Origin: an uncultured Candidatus Brevefilum sp.
GTDB taxonomy: Bacteria > Chloroflexota > Anaerolineae > Anaerolineales > Anaerolineaceae
Assembly (NCBI GenBank): GCA_964558525.1
Contig: CAZLEK010000001.1
Span: 22,443-86,442 of the forward strand
DNA length: 64,000 nt
Direction of reading: 5' to 3'
The position numbers and the translations under genes are program-made. Under the pieces are notes generated by a model that made no database searches, was not told the DNA's origin, and worked only from the letters and a program-made list of their open reading frames with translations. Positions 36,088-44,920 of this stretch are shown piece after piece. Positions within the stretch are counted from its first letter, which is position 1. Each line of letters opens with the position of its first letter.

Positions 36088-36522
36088 GATTCGCAGAGTT
36101 ACGTTTAGTCTTCGTTGGAAAAGATAAAGTCATATTTCTGACCATCTTGTGTGAAAAAAATGTGATAATTGCCTTGCCTCAGTTTATGCCCCATTTCAAG
36201 CATCTATGCGCCGGAGAATGATTAGTTTTTGCAGAATAAAGCTAAAAGCACCATGATCAGGATCGAATAAATTGAGCGCATGCGTACGAACCTATAAAGC
36301 AAGAAAATGGTATCAGAGGGGAAATATTCTATCCCCTAGGGGGGCTTCCTACAGGAATATTAGTTTGCTAAACTCGATAAGGTAGAGTTTGGTTGGTAAA
36401 TTGTCCGGAAGTTTAATCAACCGAAACAACAGTACCCTATGATGAGAGCCCTAGCTTTTATATGCTGCATTCCCCACACCAGGTAGGGTTATTCATCCAG
36501 AGTTTCAAAAGCAGGAAACAAT

Positions 36523-37356
36523 ATGGACATTGTTGGCGCATCAGGTCTGTTTTATTCCTATGAATTCGAAGATAGCCACAACCGTGCAATTGATGGAATT
36601 TCTTTGAGGATCCGTCAAGGGGAATTCATTGCCATTTTAGGTCAAAACGGCTGTGGAAAAACCACCTTTGTTAAACATCTTAATGTTTTGCTCCCGGTTC
36701 AGGGTGGTGAACTCACTGTCGCAGGGCTTGACGCGAGGAGCAGAGTCAATACCTGGAAAATTCGGAAAAAATGCGGGATGGTTTTTCAGGACCCCAATAA
36801 TCAATTTGTTTCCTCGATTGTTGATGAGGATATTGCTTTTGGATTGGAGAACTTTAATACGCCAGCCAATGAAATACCTGGAAAAGTAAAAAAGGCCCTT
36901 CACCTTGTTGGTTTGGCAGGGTACGAAAAGCGTTCGCCGCATATGCTTTCTGGCGGTCAAAAGCAGCGGGTTGCAATTGCTGGGGTCTTGGCAGTTGACC
37001 CGGATATCATCATATTTGATGAGGCGACAGCCATGCTTGATCCTGAGGGCCGGGAAGATGTGATTTCGACGATTCGGAAGCTGCATGATGAAGAAAAAAA
37101 GACGATCATCATGATCACCCATTATATCGAGGAAGCTGTTTGTGCCGACCGAGTTATTTTGTTTTGTGAGGGGAAGCTGCTGGCTGATGGATCTCCGCGG
37201 AACATCCTGACTAATCCGGAATTGCTCAGTAGAACCAAACTAACGCCACCACAGGCCGTGCGCGCCTATTTTGACTTGAAGGAAGCCGGCGTGGCGATTC
37301 AAACGCCTACCCTGACAAATGAGGAGCTTGTTGAGGCTTTATGTCAATTGAAATAG
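36523..37356 (+). CDS. ecfA1: ECF transporter ATPase component 1
   Basis: GQNGCGKTT Walker A, LSGGQKQR signature and IIFDEATAMLD Walker B. Confidence 0.9.
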   Translation: MDIVGASGLFYSYEFEDSHNRAIDGISLRIRQGEFIAILGQNGCGKTTFVKHLNVLLPVQGGELTVAGLDARSRVNTWKIRKKCGMVFQDPNNQFVSSIVDEDIAFGLENFNTPANEIPGKVKKALHLVGLAGYEKRSPHMLSGGQKQRVAIAGVLAVDPDIIIFDEATAMLDPEGREDVISTIRKLHDEEKKTIIMITHYIEEAVCADRVILFCEGKLLADGSPRNILTNPELLSRTKLTPPQAVRAYFDLKEAGVAIQTPTLTNEELVEALCQLK

Positions 37357-38198
37357 ACGAAGTTTCTTTTACATATTCTCCTGGGACTGTTTTTAAGATG
37401 TCTGCTCTCAAGGACATTAACGCGACTATCGATGATGGAGAATACGTTGGTGTCATGGGGAAAACGGGCTGCGGTAAGTCCACCCTCATTCAACTGCTGG
37501 TTGGGTTGATGCAACCCTCTTCCGGGCATATACGGATAGATGACGAGGATATCAACGCCCGGGACTACAATCGGGAGGAATTGCGGCGCAAGGTTGGGAT
37601 CGTCTTTCAATATCCAGAGGTCCAGTTATTTGAGACAACGGTTGAAAAGGACGTTGCTTTTGGATTGAAGCATTCAAAATTATCAAATTCCACAATTGCT
37701 GAAAACGTCCGCTGGGCGATTGATAAGGTTGGCCTTGACTTTGAAAAGGTTCGTGCGTTATCGCCCTTCAGCCTTTCAGGTGGTGAAAAAAGAAGGGTCG
37801 CCATAGCCGGTATTCTGGCTGCGAAACCTAAAACGCTGATCTTGGATGAGCCTATTGCTGGGCTTGATCCTGTGGGCAGGGATGACTTCATTGGGCTGAC
37901 GAAAGAACTCCATTCTGCCGGGGTCACCATTATTATGGTCTCCCATAATGCGGATGCTTTGACGGAATTTGCGGAGCGAGTGATTGTCTTGGAATCTGGC
38001 AGGATCATCCTGGACAGCCCAATAAAGGAGGCGTTTAGAGATGTTGATTTCCTCCGGGAAAAAGGGATTGGTATCAGTCAGGCAAGAGAAATTTCCTACC
38101 TGTTAAAGGCTCAGGGATTTCCAGTTCCGCAGGATATCAATCGTTATGATGAATTGCTGCCTTACCTCATTGCTATTGGGAAAGGAGAAAGTAAGTGA
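37341..38198 (+). CDS. ecfA2: ECF transporter ATPase component 2
   Basis: GKTGCGKST, LSGGEKRR and LILDEPIAGLD motifs. Overlaps ecfA1 by 16 nt. Confidence 0.9.
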   Translation: MSIEIDEVSFTYSPGTVFKMSALKDINATIDDGEYVGVMGKTGCGKSTLIQLLVGLMQPSSGHIRIDDEDINARDYNREELRRKVGIVFQYPEVQLFETTVEKDVAFGLKHSKLSNSTIAENVRWAIDKVGLDFEKVRALSPFSLSGGEKRRVAIAGILAAKPKTLILDEPIAGLDPVGRDDFIGLTKELHSAGVTIIMVSHNADALTEFAERVIVLESGRIILDSPIKEAFRDVDFLREKGIGISQAREISYLLKAQGFPVPQDINRYDELLPYLIAIGKGESK

Positions 38199-38986
38199 AT
38201 GGCCTTCCCACAGGGTTGTACCAGCCCGGGGAATCGCTTATTCACCGGCTGGACTGCCGGACAAAGCTATTGGCTTTGTTCATCATCATCGCCTCGGTGT
38301 TATTGGTCGATTCCCTGATCGGATACGGCATCATGATTGCATTTACAGGGGGGGTGATTTGGTTGTCTGGCATTTCTTTGCGCACAGCTCTCAACTCTGT
38401 TAATAAGCTATATTGGTTCTTCATTTTAATCCTTTTGATGAACACCTTTTTTTACAATCCTGAGAACGCCTGGGTTTCTGTATGGATTTTTAATCCTTCG
38501 CCTTCGGGTTTGATGCAGGGGATTGACGTCGTTATGCGCGTATTTCTTGTTCTTGTGATCAGCAATGTATTAACCAGCGCGACTTCTCCTATGGAGATCA
38601 CTAAGGCTCTTGAAAGTTTGCTTTCTCCTTTAAGATTGATTGGCATTCCAACAGAGCAAATCGCCATGATCCTGTCGATTGCAATTCAGTTTATCCCAAC
38701 GATATCCAAAGAGACTGATATGATTCGCAAAGCACAGACGGCGAGAGGTGCAAGGTTTGACAGCCCAAAAATCACTGAGAAGGCCGTAGCTGTTATCCCG
38801 CTGGTCATCCCGATCTTTTTTGCTGCTTTTAAACGCGCCGACGAACTCTCTTTGGCAATGGAGGCCAGAGGTTATCAGACAGCTTCAGGAAGAACAAAGA
38901 AGGTTTTCAGCGCTCTAGAGATTCGGGATTACAGCGCTTTGGCGATAGTGATTGTGCTGTTTGTAGTCCAGGCTGTGCTGAAATGA
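38195..38986 (+). CDS. ecfT: ECF transporter transmembrane (T) component
   Basis: Polytopic 263 aa with the AxxARG coupling motif (AQTARGARF...AMEARGY). Its GTG start overlaps the ecfA2 stop. Confidence 0.9.
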   Translation: MNGLPTGLYQPGESLIHRLDCRTKLLALFIIIASVLLVDSLIGYGIMIAFTGGVIWLSGISLRTALNSVNKLYWFFILILLMNTFFYNPENAWVSVWIFNPSPSGLMQGIDVVMRVFLVLVISNVLTSATSPMEITKALESLLSPLRLIGIPTEQIAMILSIAIQFIPTISKETDMIRKAQTARGARFDSPKITEKAVAVIPLVIPIFFAAFKRADELSLAMEARGYQTASGRTKKVFSALEIRDYSALAIVIVLFVVQAVLK

Positions 38987-39062
38987 TGAATGATGAAATC
39001 CGCCAAACCAGGTGTGTATAGCAAGATCCTAATCAACTATTCTTTTTAAGGAGACCCCAATC

Positions 39063-39614
39063 ATGAAACAAATGTCCGTAGTAAAGAAATCTATCATTAC
39101 TGCTGTGTGTATTGCACTGTGTGTTGTTTTGCCACAGGCATTTCATGCCATTCCAAATGCAGGTCCTGTTTACTTGCCAATGCATATCCCGGTTCTTCTC
39201 TGCGGGTTAATCTGCGGTTGGTCGTTTGGTCTGCTTTGCGGCCTGGCTGGGCCAGCATTGTCGACTCTGTTTACCGGTATGCCGCCAGTGGCTATTCTTC
39301 CAGGTATGCTGGTAGAATTGGCCGTGTTTGGCGGTATGAGTGGTTTGATGATGCAGATTATCCGCACAAAAAAAGTCTATGTAGACCTGTTGTTGAGCTT
39401 GGTCATTGCCATGTTAAGCGGGCGGATCGTTGCTGGTATTGCGAAAGCGCTGATCTTTTCCCGGGGTAACTACACATTAAGCGCTTGGGCAACCAGCTCT
39501 TTTATCACCAGTCTGCCGGGCATCATCATCCAGATCGTGCTGATTCCCTCGATTCTTTTTGCCCTAATGAGGGCTAGATTGATTCCCATGCGACATCCAA
39601 AATCCCAAAGTTGA
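39063..39614 (+). CDS. ECF transporter substrate-capture (S) component, substrate unknown
   Basis: 183 aa and about six TM segments, with LPMHIPVLLCG and FTGMPP motifs seen in S components. AAGGAG RBS. Confidence 0.7.
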   Translation: MKQMSVVKKSIITAVCIALCVVLPQAFHAIPNAGPVYLPMHIPVLLCGLICGWSFGLLCGLAGPALSTLFTGMPPVAILPGMLVELAVFGGMSGLMMQIIRTKKVYVDLLLSLVIAMLSGRIVAGIAKALIFSRGNYTLSAWATSSFITSLPGIIIQIVLIPSILFALMRARLIPMRHPKSQS

Positions 39615-39638
39615 CACGGTTTCTAGTTTTGCCTTGAA

Positions 39639-39678
39639 TTGAATGACGAATGGCTGGGAACATTCATTCGTCATTCAA
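39639..39678 (+). terminator. Strong hairpin closing the ECF operon (no canonical U tract)
   Basis: Perfect 14-bp stem: TTGAATGACGAATG (39639..39652) pairs with CATTCGTCATTCAA (39665..39678). Confidence 0.5.
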
Positions 39679-39716
39679 TAAAGAAAGTTGGATTTTTTTG
39701 ATAATGAAGATGTGCC

Positions 39717-40334
39717 ATGAATAAACACAACATAATCGATTTTTTTGATGGCTTTGCGTCTCAATGGGATGCAGACATGGAGCGGGACGAGGAGGTAATT
39801 ACTACCATTCTTGATAACGCGGGCATACAGGCCGATCGAGTGGTGCTGGACGTCGCTTGCGGGACGGGCGTTCTCGTTCCGGATTATCTAGCGCGGGGTG
39901 TCGCTTCGCTAACCTGTGTGGACATTTCTCCAAAAATGATCGCTCATGCTAAAAAGAAGTTTTCACAACTTAAAAATGCCCATTTTATTTGCGGTGATGT
40001 TGCTGAAGTTCATTTTAACTGTCTTTTTGACCGAATTGTTGTCTACAACGCTTTTCCGCATTTTTTCGAGCCTGAAAACCTGATTGAGAAGCTTGCTGGC
40101 GATCTAAAGCCTGGCGGTCGCTTGACTATTGCCCATGGGATGAGCCGTGACAAAATTAACAACCATCACGCAGGAACTGCGCGTGAGGTGTCTGTTGAAT
40201 TAATGCATGAAGATGAGCTTGAAAAGCTCTTTGAGCCGTATTTCACTGTGACAGCCAAGATTTCAAATCAAAGAATGTACCAGGTTGTTGGTATGAAAAA
40301 TAAAAAGGCTATAACCAGGGGTCCATGCTTCTAA
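39717..40334 (+). CDS. Class I SAM-dependent methyltransferase
   Basis: VLDVACGTGV motif I; 205 aa. Confidence 0.8.
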   Translation: MNKHNIIDFFDGFASQWDADMERDEEVITTILDNAGIQADRVVLDVACGTGVLVPDYLARGVASLTCVDISPKMIAHAKKKFSQLKNAHFICGDVAEVHFNCLFDRIVVYNAFPHFFEPENLIEKLAGDLKPGGRLTIAHGMSRDKINNHHAGTAREVSVELMHEDELEKLFEPYFTVTAKISNQRMYQVVGMKNKKAITRGPCF

Positions 40335-40685
40335 TTATTTTAGAAACCTGTCAATCGCATTATTCAGATCTTTAATGGTCTTGTCGTCCCCCTCTTTTAC
40401 TGCTTCAACAATACAATGCCTGATGTGGTTTTTTAGGACAAGATTGCCAGTATTGTTGATAGCCGCCCGGACTGCGGCTAGCTGAACCAGAATCTGGCTG
40501 CAATCTACATCGTTGTCAATCATTCGTTTTATGGCCTCAATATGGCCGACAGCTTTTGAAAGGCGATTAGTGACTGCCTTCTTTTCAGCATGGCTGTGAA
40601 TATATTTATGGTGATCATGTTTGTGCGTGTGGACAGAATTCCCTTGGTCGTGATTATTAACTGAATTATTAATTTCTGGACACAT
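40335..40685 (-). CDS. CsoR/RcnR/InrS-family metal-sensing repressor with a His-rich N-terminal tail
   Basis: DUF156 core (RLSKAVGHIEAIKRMI...DCSQILVQLAAV...NHIRHCI), giving the x-C-H-C ligand pattern. Eight His lie in residues 12-32. Confidence 0.85.
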   Translation of the reverse strand: MCPEINNSVNNHDQGNSVHTHKHDHHKYIHSHAEKKAVTNRLSKAVGHIEAIKRMIDNDVDCSQILVQLAAVRAAINNTGNLVLKNHIRHCIVEAVKEGDDKTIKDLNNAIDRFLK

Positions 40686-41173
40686 TTAATGACTTCTCCA
40701 TAAGTATGAGGTAGTTTATGAATCATCCAGGTTTTAGGCCAATTATGTGTATCTTACCATAAAGGCTTGTAGGTTTTTCTTTTTTCGGGAAAGCCCAGGG
40801 GTCAGGGTGTAAGGTTAGCATTTATGATCATTCTATAATGTGCGGGTTATTCTGTATTGTAAAGCCATAACCGTCTCAGGTGGTGCAAAAGGTTTCCAGG
40901 TGAAAAACTAATGAACGATGACTAAATCGGACGGGGAGGGCATGGGGCTGACAATGGGGCGTTAACACGCGACTAACAGGCTGCGGTTTTGGGGAATTCC
41001 AGTGCTTGATTTTGAGTGCGTGAGTATTGCGGATTATAAATATCTGAAAAGGGAAGTGTAATTTCCAGGATACGGTCTGTTCCGTGAGACATCAGATTTA
41101 TGACAGCATTTGAAGGGTGGGATTTTTGCTATAATCAAAACATCGCTTTCATTGAGTTTGATTTAGGAATGCC

Positions 41174-42391
41174 ATGCTCCCATCACACCGGACCCTGCCG
41201 CTGCCCTACCACCTATTTGACCTGGCCGGACGCCAGGCTGAGGGGCTTGGCCTGCCTTTGGGGGACTTGCATCTCGATATGTTAATCAAAGACGCAAAGA
41301 AGCAGACTGGGCTGGATGATTTCGGGGATGCCTATTTCAAGGCGGGGTTGGAAAAATTAATCGATTCCCTTACCGAAGACGCCCACTTGCGGTTTTACGG
41401 CCGGTTGGTGATGCGCTTGATGCTGACCAACTATCTTTCTCAGCGGTTGCTTTTCGTGGATGCTCAAAAGAATAACCCAGAACAGTTTAAGCTTCTCAAA
41501 CGGTCTCCCATCGTGGTCACCGGGCTGCATCGCTCGGGGACGACCTTCCTGCACCGGCTGCTGGCCCTGGATCCGGCCAATGCCGGCGTGCCCTTTTGGC
41601 GCCTGTACCGGCCATTTCAGGTCCCAGGCAACCCTGACCTGCGGAAGAGCAAAGCCTGGGCGGAATTGAGCCTTCTCAAGCCGATTTTCCCCGGGATCAA
41701 GTTTAAGCACTCTATCCGCCCTTTTGTCCCGGAGGAGTCCTGCTGGATGCTGGGTCTGACTTTTCACTCGATGGTCTACTGGATCCTGGCGCCCGTCTAT
41801 GGCTACCTGGAGTGGCTGTGGGCGCAGAACATGGACCAAGCCTACCGAGAATACACGCTGCTGCTTCAGGCGCTGCAAGCCGGCGCGCCTGGGCAGCGGC
41901 TGGCCCTCAAGGCGCCAGACCACATGCCCCACCTGGACCAGCTGCTGGCGTCTGTCCCTGAGGCCAGGATCGTTCAGCTGCATCGCGATCCGGCCACCTG
42001 TGCATTGAGCCTGAGCAGTCTGTTCTATTCCACCCAGATTGCCTTGAGTGAGAGGGTGAACCCCCGGCGGATTGCGGAGGTCAATCTGGCGATGATGGCT
42101 GGATTTATCGAAACTAATAAAAAGGCGCGTCAGGATCCAGCGGTGGACCGACAGGTGCTGGATTTGGAATATGAAGGCCTGGTTCGTGCTCCCTATAGAG
42201 CAATCCAGACCATTTATGATCATTTTGGGCTGGTTTTTTCTGACATGTACGCTGTCAAGTTGGCGCGATTCCTCAAGGAAATGAACAGACAGCCTCAAAA
42301 TGCCCACCATTATGCCTCTGAACACTTTGGCCTTAAGGAAGCTTTGGTCAGGTCTTATTTTGAAAATAATGCAGGGGTGCCAATTTCTTAA
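41174..42391 (+). CDS. Sulfotransferase family protein
   Basis: PAPS-binding 5'-PSB loop (TGLHRSGTTFLHRLL); 405 aa; the start is uncertain. Confidence 0.72.
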   Translation: MLPSHRTLPLPYHLFDLAGRQAEGLGLPLGDLHLDMLIKDAKKQTGLDDFGDAYFKAGLEKLIDSLTEDAHLRFYGRLVMRLMLTNYLSQRLLFVDAQKNNPEQFKLLKRSPIVVTGLHRSGTTFLHRLLALDPANAGVPFWRLYRPFQVPGNPDLRKSKAWAELSLLKPIFPGIKFKHSIRPFVPEESCWMLGLTFHSMVYWILAPVYGYLEWLWAQNMDQAYREYTLLLQALQAGAPGQRLALKAPDHMPHLDQLLASVPEARIVQLHRDPATCALSLSSLFYSTQIALSERVNPRRIAEVNLAMMAGFIETNKKARQDPAVDRQVLDLEYEGLVRAPYRAIQTIYDHFGLVFSDMYAVKLARFLKEMNRQPQNAHHYASEHFGLKEALVRSYFENNAGVPIS

Positions 42392-42547
42392 CCCGAGACC
42401 CATGTCGGTGCGATGTTAAAAATTCGGTAAAACGCTGGGTGCATCTATTGCACTTTTCACTCGGGATATTTATAATGGGATTAATCTCAGATTCATATTT
42501 ATCAACCTTTGGTACCGTCGGTATCCACTATCATTGGAGGAAAACCT

Positions 42548-43549
42548 ATGCAAGCGCAACGGATCGTTCCCTGGATTGTCCTTGTTACGCTGATCCTGTC
42601 AGCTCTGGCCTGCTCGCTGACCGACTCTGGCACACAAACCCCACCTGAAGACGTTTCTATTGATTTCCTGGACGAAGGGGCGGCCGAGGTTGAACAGGTT
42701 GCGCCTACCTGGACCCTGATCCCGACTTTCACCGCGGTCGTGGAGGCGATGCCGACCGCGACCCAGCAGGAAGCCGCCCAGGCGCCCACCCCCACGGAAG
42801 AACAGGCGCCAACAGAAGAACAGGCGCCCCCCGAGCCCACCCAGAGCGGCCCGATGGTCGACACCAATCCCCTGGATGGGGCCGCGGCGGTTTACGTTCC
42901 GGCGGGAGAATTCATCATGGGCAGCGATGATCCTGCTGCCAACCAGGATGAACGGCCCGCACACTGGGTATATCTGGATGCATATTGGATCTACCAGACG
43001 ACGGTCACCAACCGGCAGTACCGGCAGTGCATTAACGATGGTGTTTGTGCGGGATCTATCAATCGCTACCCAGAGAATAATCTGCCCGCGGTCAATGTAA
43101 CCTGGTTTGATGCCCAAGATTACTGCGAGTGGGCGGGCGGCAGCCTACCCACCGAGGCACAGTGGGAAAAAGCAGCGCGTGGGCCAGACGGGTGGCTGTT
43201 CCCCTGGGGGGACACGATGCCGACTTGTGAGCTGGCGAATTATGTGAATTGTTACGGGAGCAAGGAAATTGAAGCTGGTGAGTTGATCTTTGGCGCCAGC
43301 CCCTACGGAGCGCTGCAGATGGTGGGCAATGTGTGGGAATGGGTCTGGGATTGGTACGATCCTGATTATTATTGGGTCTCGCCAGAGTCGAACCCAGGCG
43401 GTCCTGCAATGGTGGAAGAAGAGTTTCGTGTGCAGCGCGGCGGCTCGTTTGAGAGCAAACCCAACGAGTTATATGCTTCAATCCGCAGCCGGAGCGGGCC
43501 TGAAAAGTCAGATTACCGCAAGGGGTTCCGCTGTGCAATCAGTGAGTAA
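42548..43549 (+). CDS. Formylglycine-generating-enzyme (SUMF1/EgtB/PvdO) fold lipoprotein
   Basis: GGAGG RBS before the ATG at 42548. Has a signal peptide with lipobox LSALAC, a Pro/Thr/Glu-rich linker, then FGE blocks (WEWVWDWYDPDYY, RVQRGGSF). Confidence 0.85.
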   Translation: MQAQRIVPWIVLVTLILSALACSLTDSGTQTPPEDVSIDFLDEGAAEVEQVAPTWTLIPTFTAVVEAMPTATQQEAAQAPTPTEEQAPTEEQAPPEPTQSGPMVDTNPLDGAAAVYVPAGEFIMGSDDPAANQDERPAHWVYLDAYWIYQTTVTNRQYRQCINDGVCAGSINRYPENNLPAVNVTWFDAQDYCEWAGGSLPTEAQWEKAARGPDGWLFPWGDTMPTCELANYVNCYGSKEIEAGELIFGASPYGALQMVGNVWEWVWDWYDPDYYWVSPESNPGGPAMVEEEFRVQRGGSFESKPNELYASIRSRSGPEKSDYRKGFRCAISE

Positions 43550-43687
43550 CAGCGTTGAGCAGAACGTGATGATTTGGATCAGGATTCAATACCATCCCGT
43601 GTCAGGTTCATGTGCTCATCCTGAAGGAGTGGGTTGAGGTGAGGGCCTTTAAATCAACAGCAGCTCGTTGGCATCACATTTTTCTGA

Positions 43688-44809
43688 TCACTCCAGCCAA
43701 AGGCGCAGCATCCCTCGGGCCAGGGCTCGCTCGTGGAAACGGCCGCGTGGGTTGATGCCCTCCAACCCTCCGGTTTTGGCCAGCTGACGCAGCAGCGGCG
43801 AAAGCTGGTTGCCGTAACGCAGCATGCAGGCTCGGGGGTGGATCCCGGGCCAGGAATAGCAAGAGACCGCCCAACGGCGATGAATGGTGTTCACCTGAGG
43901 CGGCAGGTGGTCCCAGGCAGGATCGTCTGGAGAAAAAATGTATTGGTCGAGGTTCCCCTGCGGGATGCCTTCAATCCCTTTAACCTCATAGGGACGGCTG
44001 TGGAAATCGTAGGGGTCTACGGATAAGTCGAGTAGAACAGCATTTTCTGGCATCAGCTCCAGGAATGTGTTGGGAATGATGATTTGGGAAGGATTTTGCC
44101 GCTGGGTGGCATCCACCAGGAGATGGGTGGTCTCCAGCAGAGCTTTGAGTTGATCCATGTGAGGCGTGAGATCGTGATCAATCACCCGCACAATATTACC
44201 GGGCACCATTTGGGCGGCATATTCTGCCCATCGATCCCGATCGCCGTAGCGGATGGCTGCCTGAACGGCAACCGAGCCCACACCACCTGAGCCCATGATG
44301 GTTACCTTGAGCGGTTTGCGGTTGGGGTCAGCTAGCCCGGGGTCCGGCCAGATCGCTTGAAGGACCCTAAAGGCAATTTCACAGCCATTCCAGGCCACTG
44401 CGCTCAGGTTCTCGACCAGGCGCTGTCCGTTGTCATCCGTGATTGAATCCAGTGAAATAGCCTCCAGGCCGCGGGATTTCAAGTATTCCCTGCGTTTGGG
44501 ACGGGTGGGGAAGTGGCACATGGAGATCAGGCAGCTGCCCGCGGGCATTCTTTCTAACAGATCCTGGGGTGGGAAGCGCAGGACCAAAACGAAATTCTGG
44601 CTGTAAACCTCCCCAACATCTCCAAAACGAATGTTTTCTGAATGGATATAGGACTCCGGAACCATCCCCAAGGCTTCCCCATAGCCTTCTTCGAGAATCA
44701 CCTGGCTGAAGGTGCGGCTCATTTTGGAGACAAACGCAGGCAGAAATGCCCGGATCTCCCCTGCTTCAGCATGAATTTTTCCCAAACCCAAGGTCAATTT
44801 TTCAGCCAT
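43688..44809 (-). CDS. Alanine dehydrogenase/PNT-like NAD(P)-binding oxidoreductase; exact function unclear
   Basis: 373 aa with a central Rossmann motif (TIMGSGGVGSVAVQAA). The family call is from overall pattern only. Confidence 0.45.
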   Translation of the reverse strand: MAEKLTLGLGKIHAEAGEIRAFLPAFVSKMSRTFSQVILEEGYGEALGMVPESYIHSENIRFGDVGEVYSQNFVLVLRFPPQDLLERMPAGSCLISMCHFPTRPKRREYLKSRGLEAISLDSITDDNGQRLVENLSAVAWNGCEIAFRVLQAIWPDPGLADPNRKPLKVTIMGSGGVGSVAVQAAIRYGDRDRWAEYAAQMVPGNIVRVIDHDLTPHMDQLKALLETTHLLVDATQRQNPSQIIIPNTFLELMPENAVLLDLSVDPYDFHSRPYEVKGIEGIPQGNLDQYIFSPDDPAWDHLPPQVNTIHRRWAVSCYSWPGIHPRACMLRYGNQLSPLLRQLAKTGGLEGINPRGRFHERALARGMLRLWLE

Positions 44810-44920
44810 GGAACCTCTCGACTAGCTTCTATTCAGCCTTCGTTTGTTATGTTAATAAAGATACAGCATAATTAAACCAGAATCAAAATTAATGAACAAC
44901 AAAAATATGAGGGTAGGACC

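Noticed and set aside
36241-36290. ACCATGATCAGGATCGAATAA, which loosely resembles the ACCTGATCTGGATAATGCCAGCG arm of a TPP riboswitch upstream of the ECF operon
   Set aside because: There is no CTGAGA element or complementary P1/P2 strands nearby, and there are several mismatches in invariant positions.
41357-42403. A 348-aa ORF on the minus strand
   Set aside because: It is antisense to the sulfotransferase gene, which has a clear PAPS-loop motif. Its translation is Arg/Gln/Pro-rich with no domain pattern.
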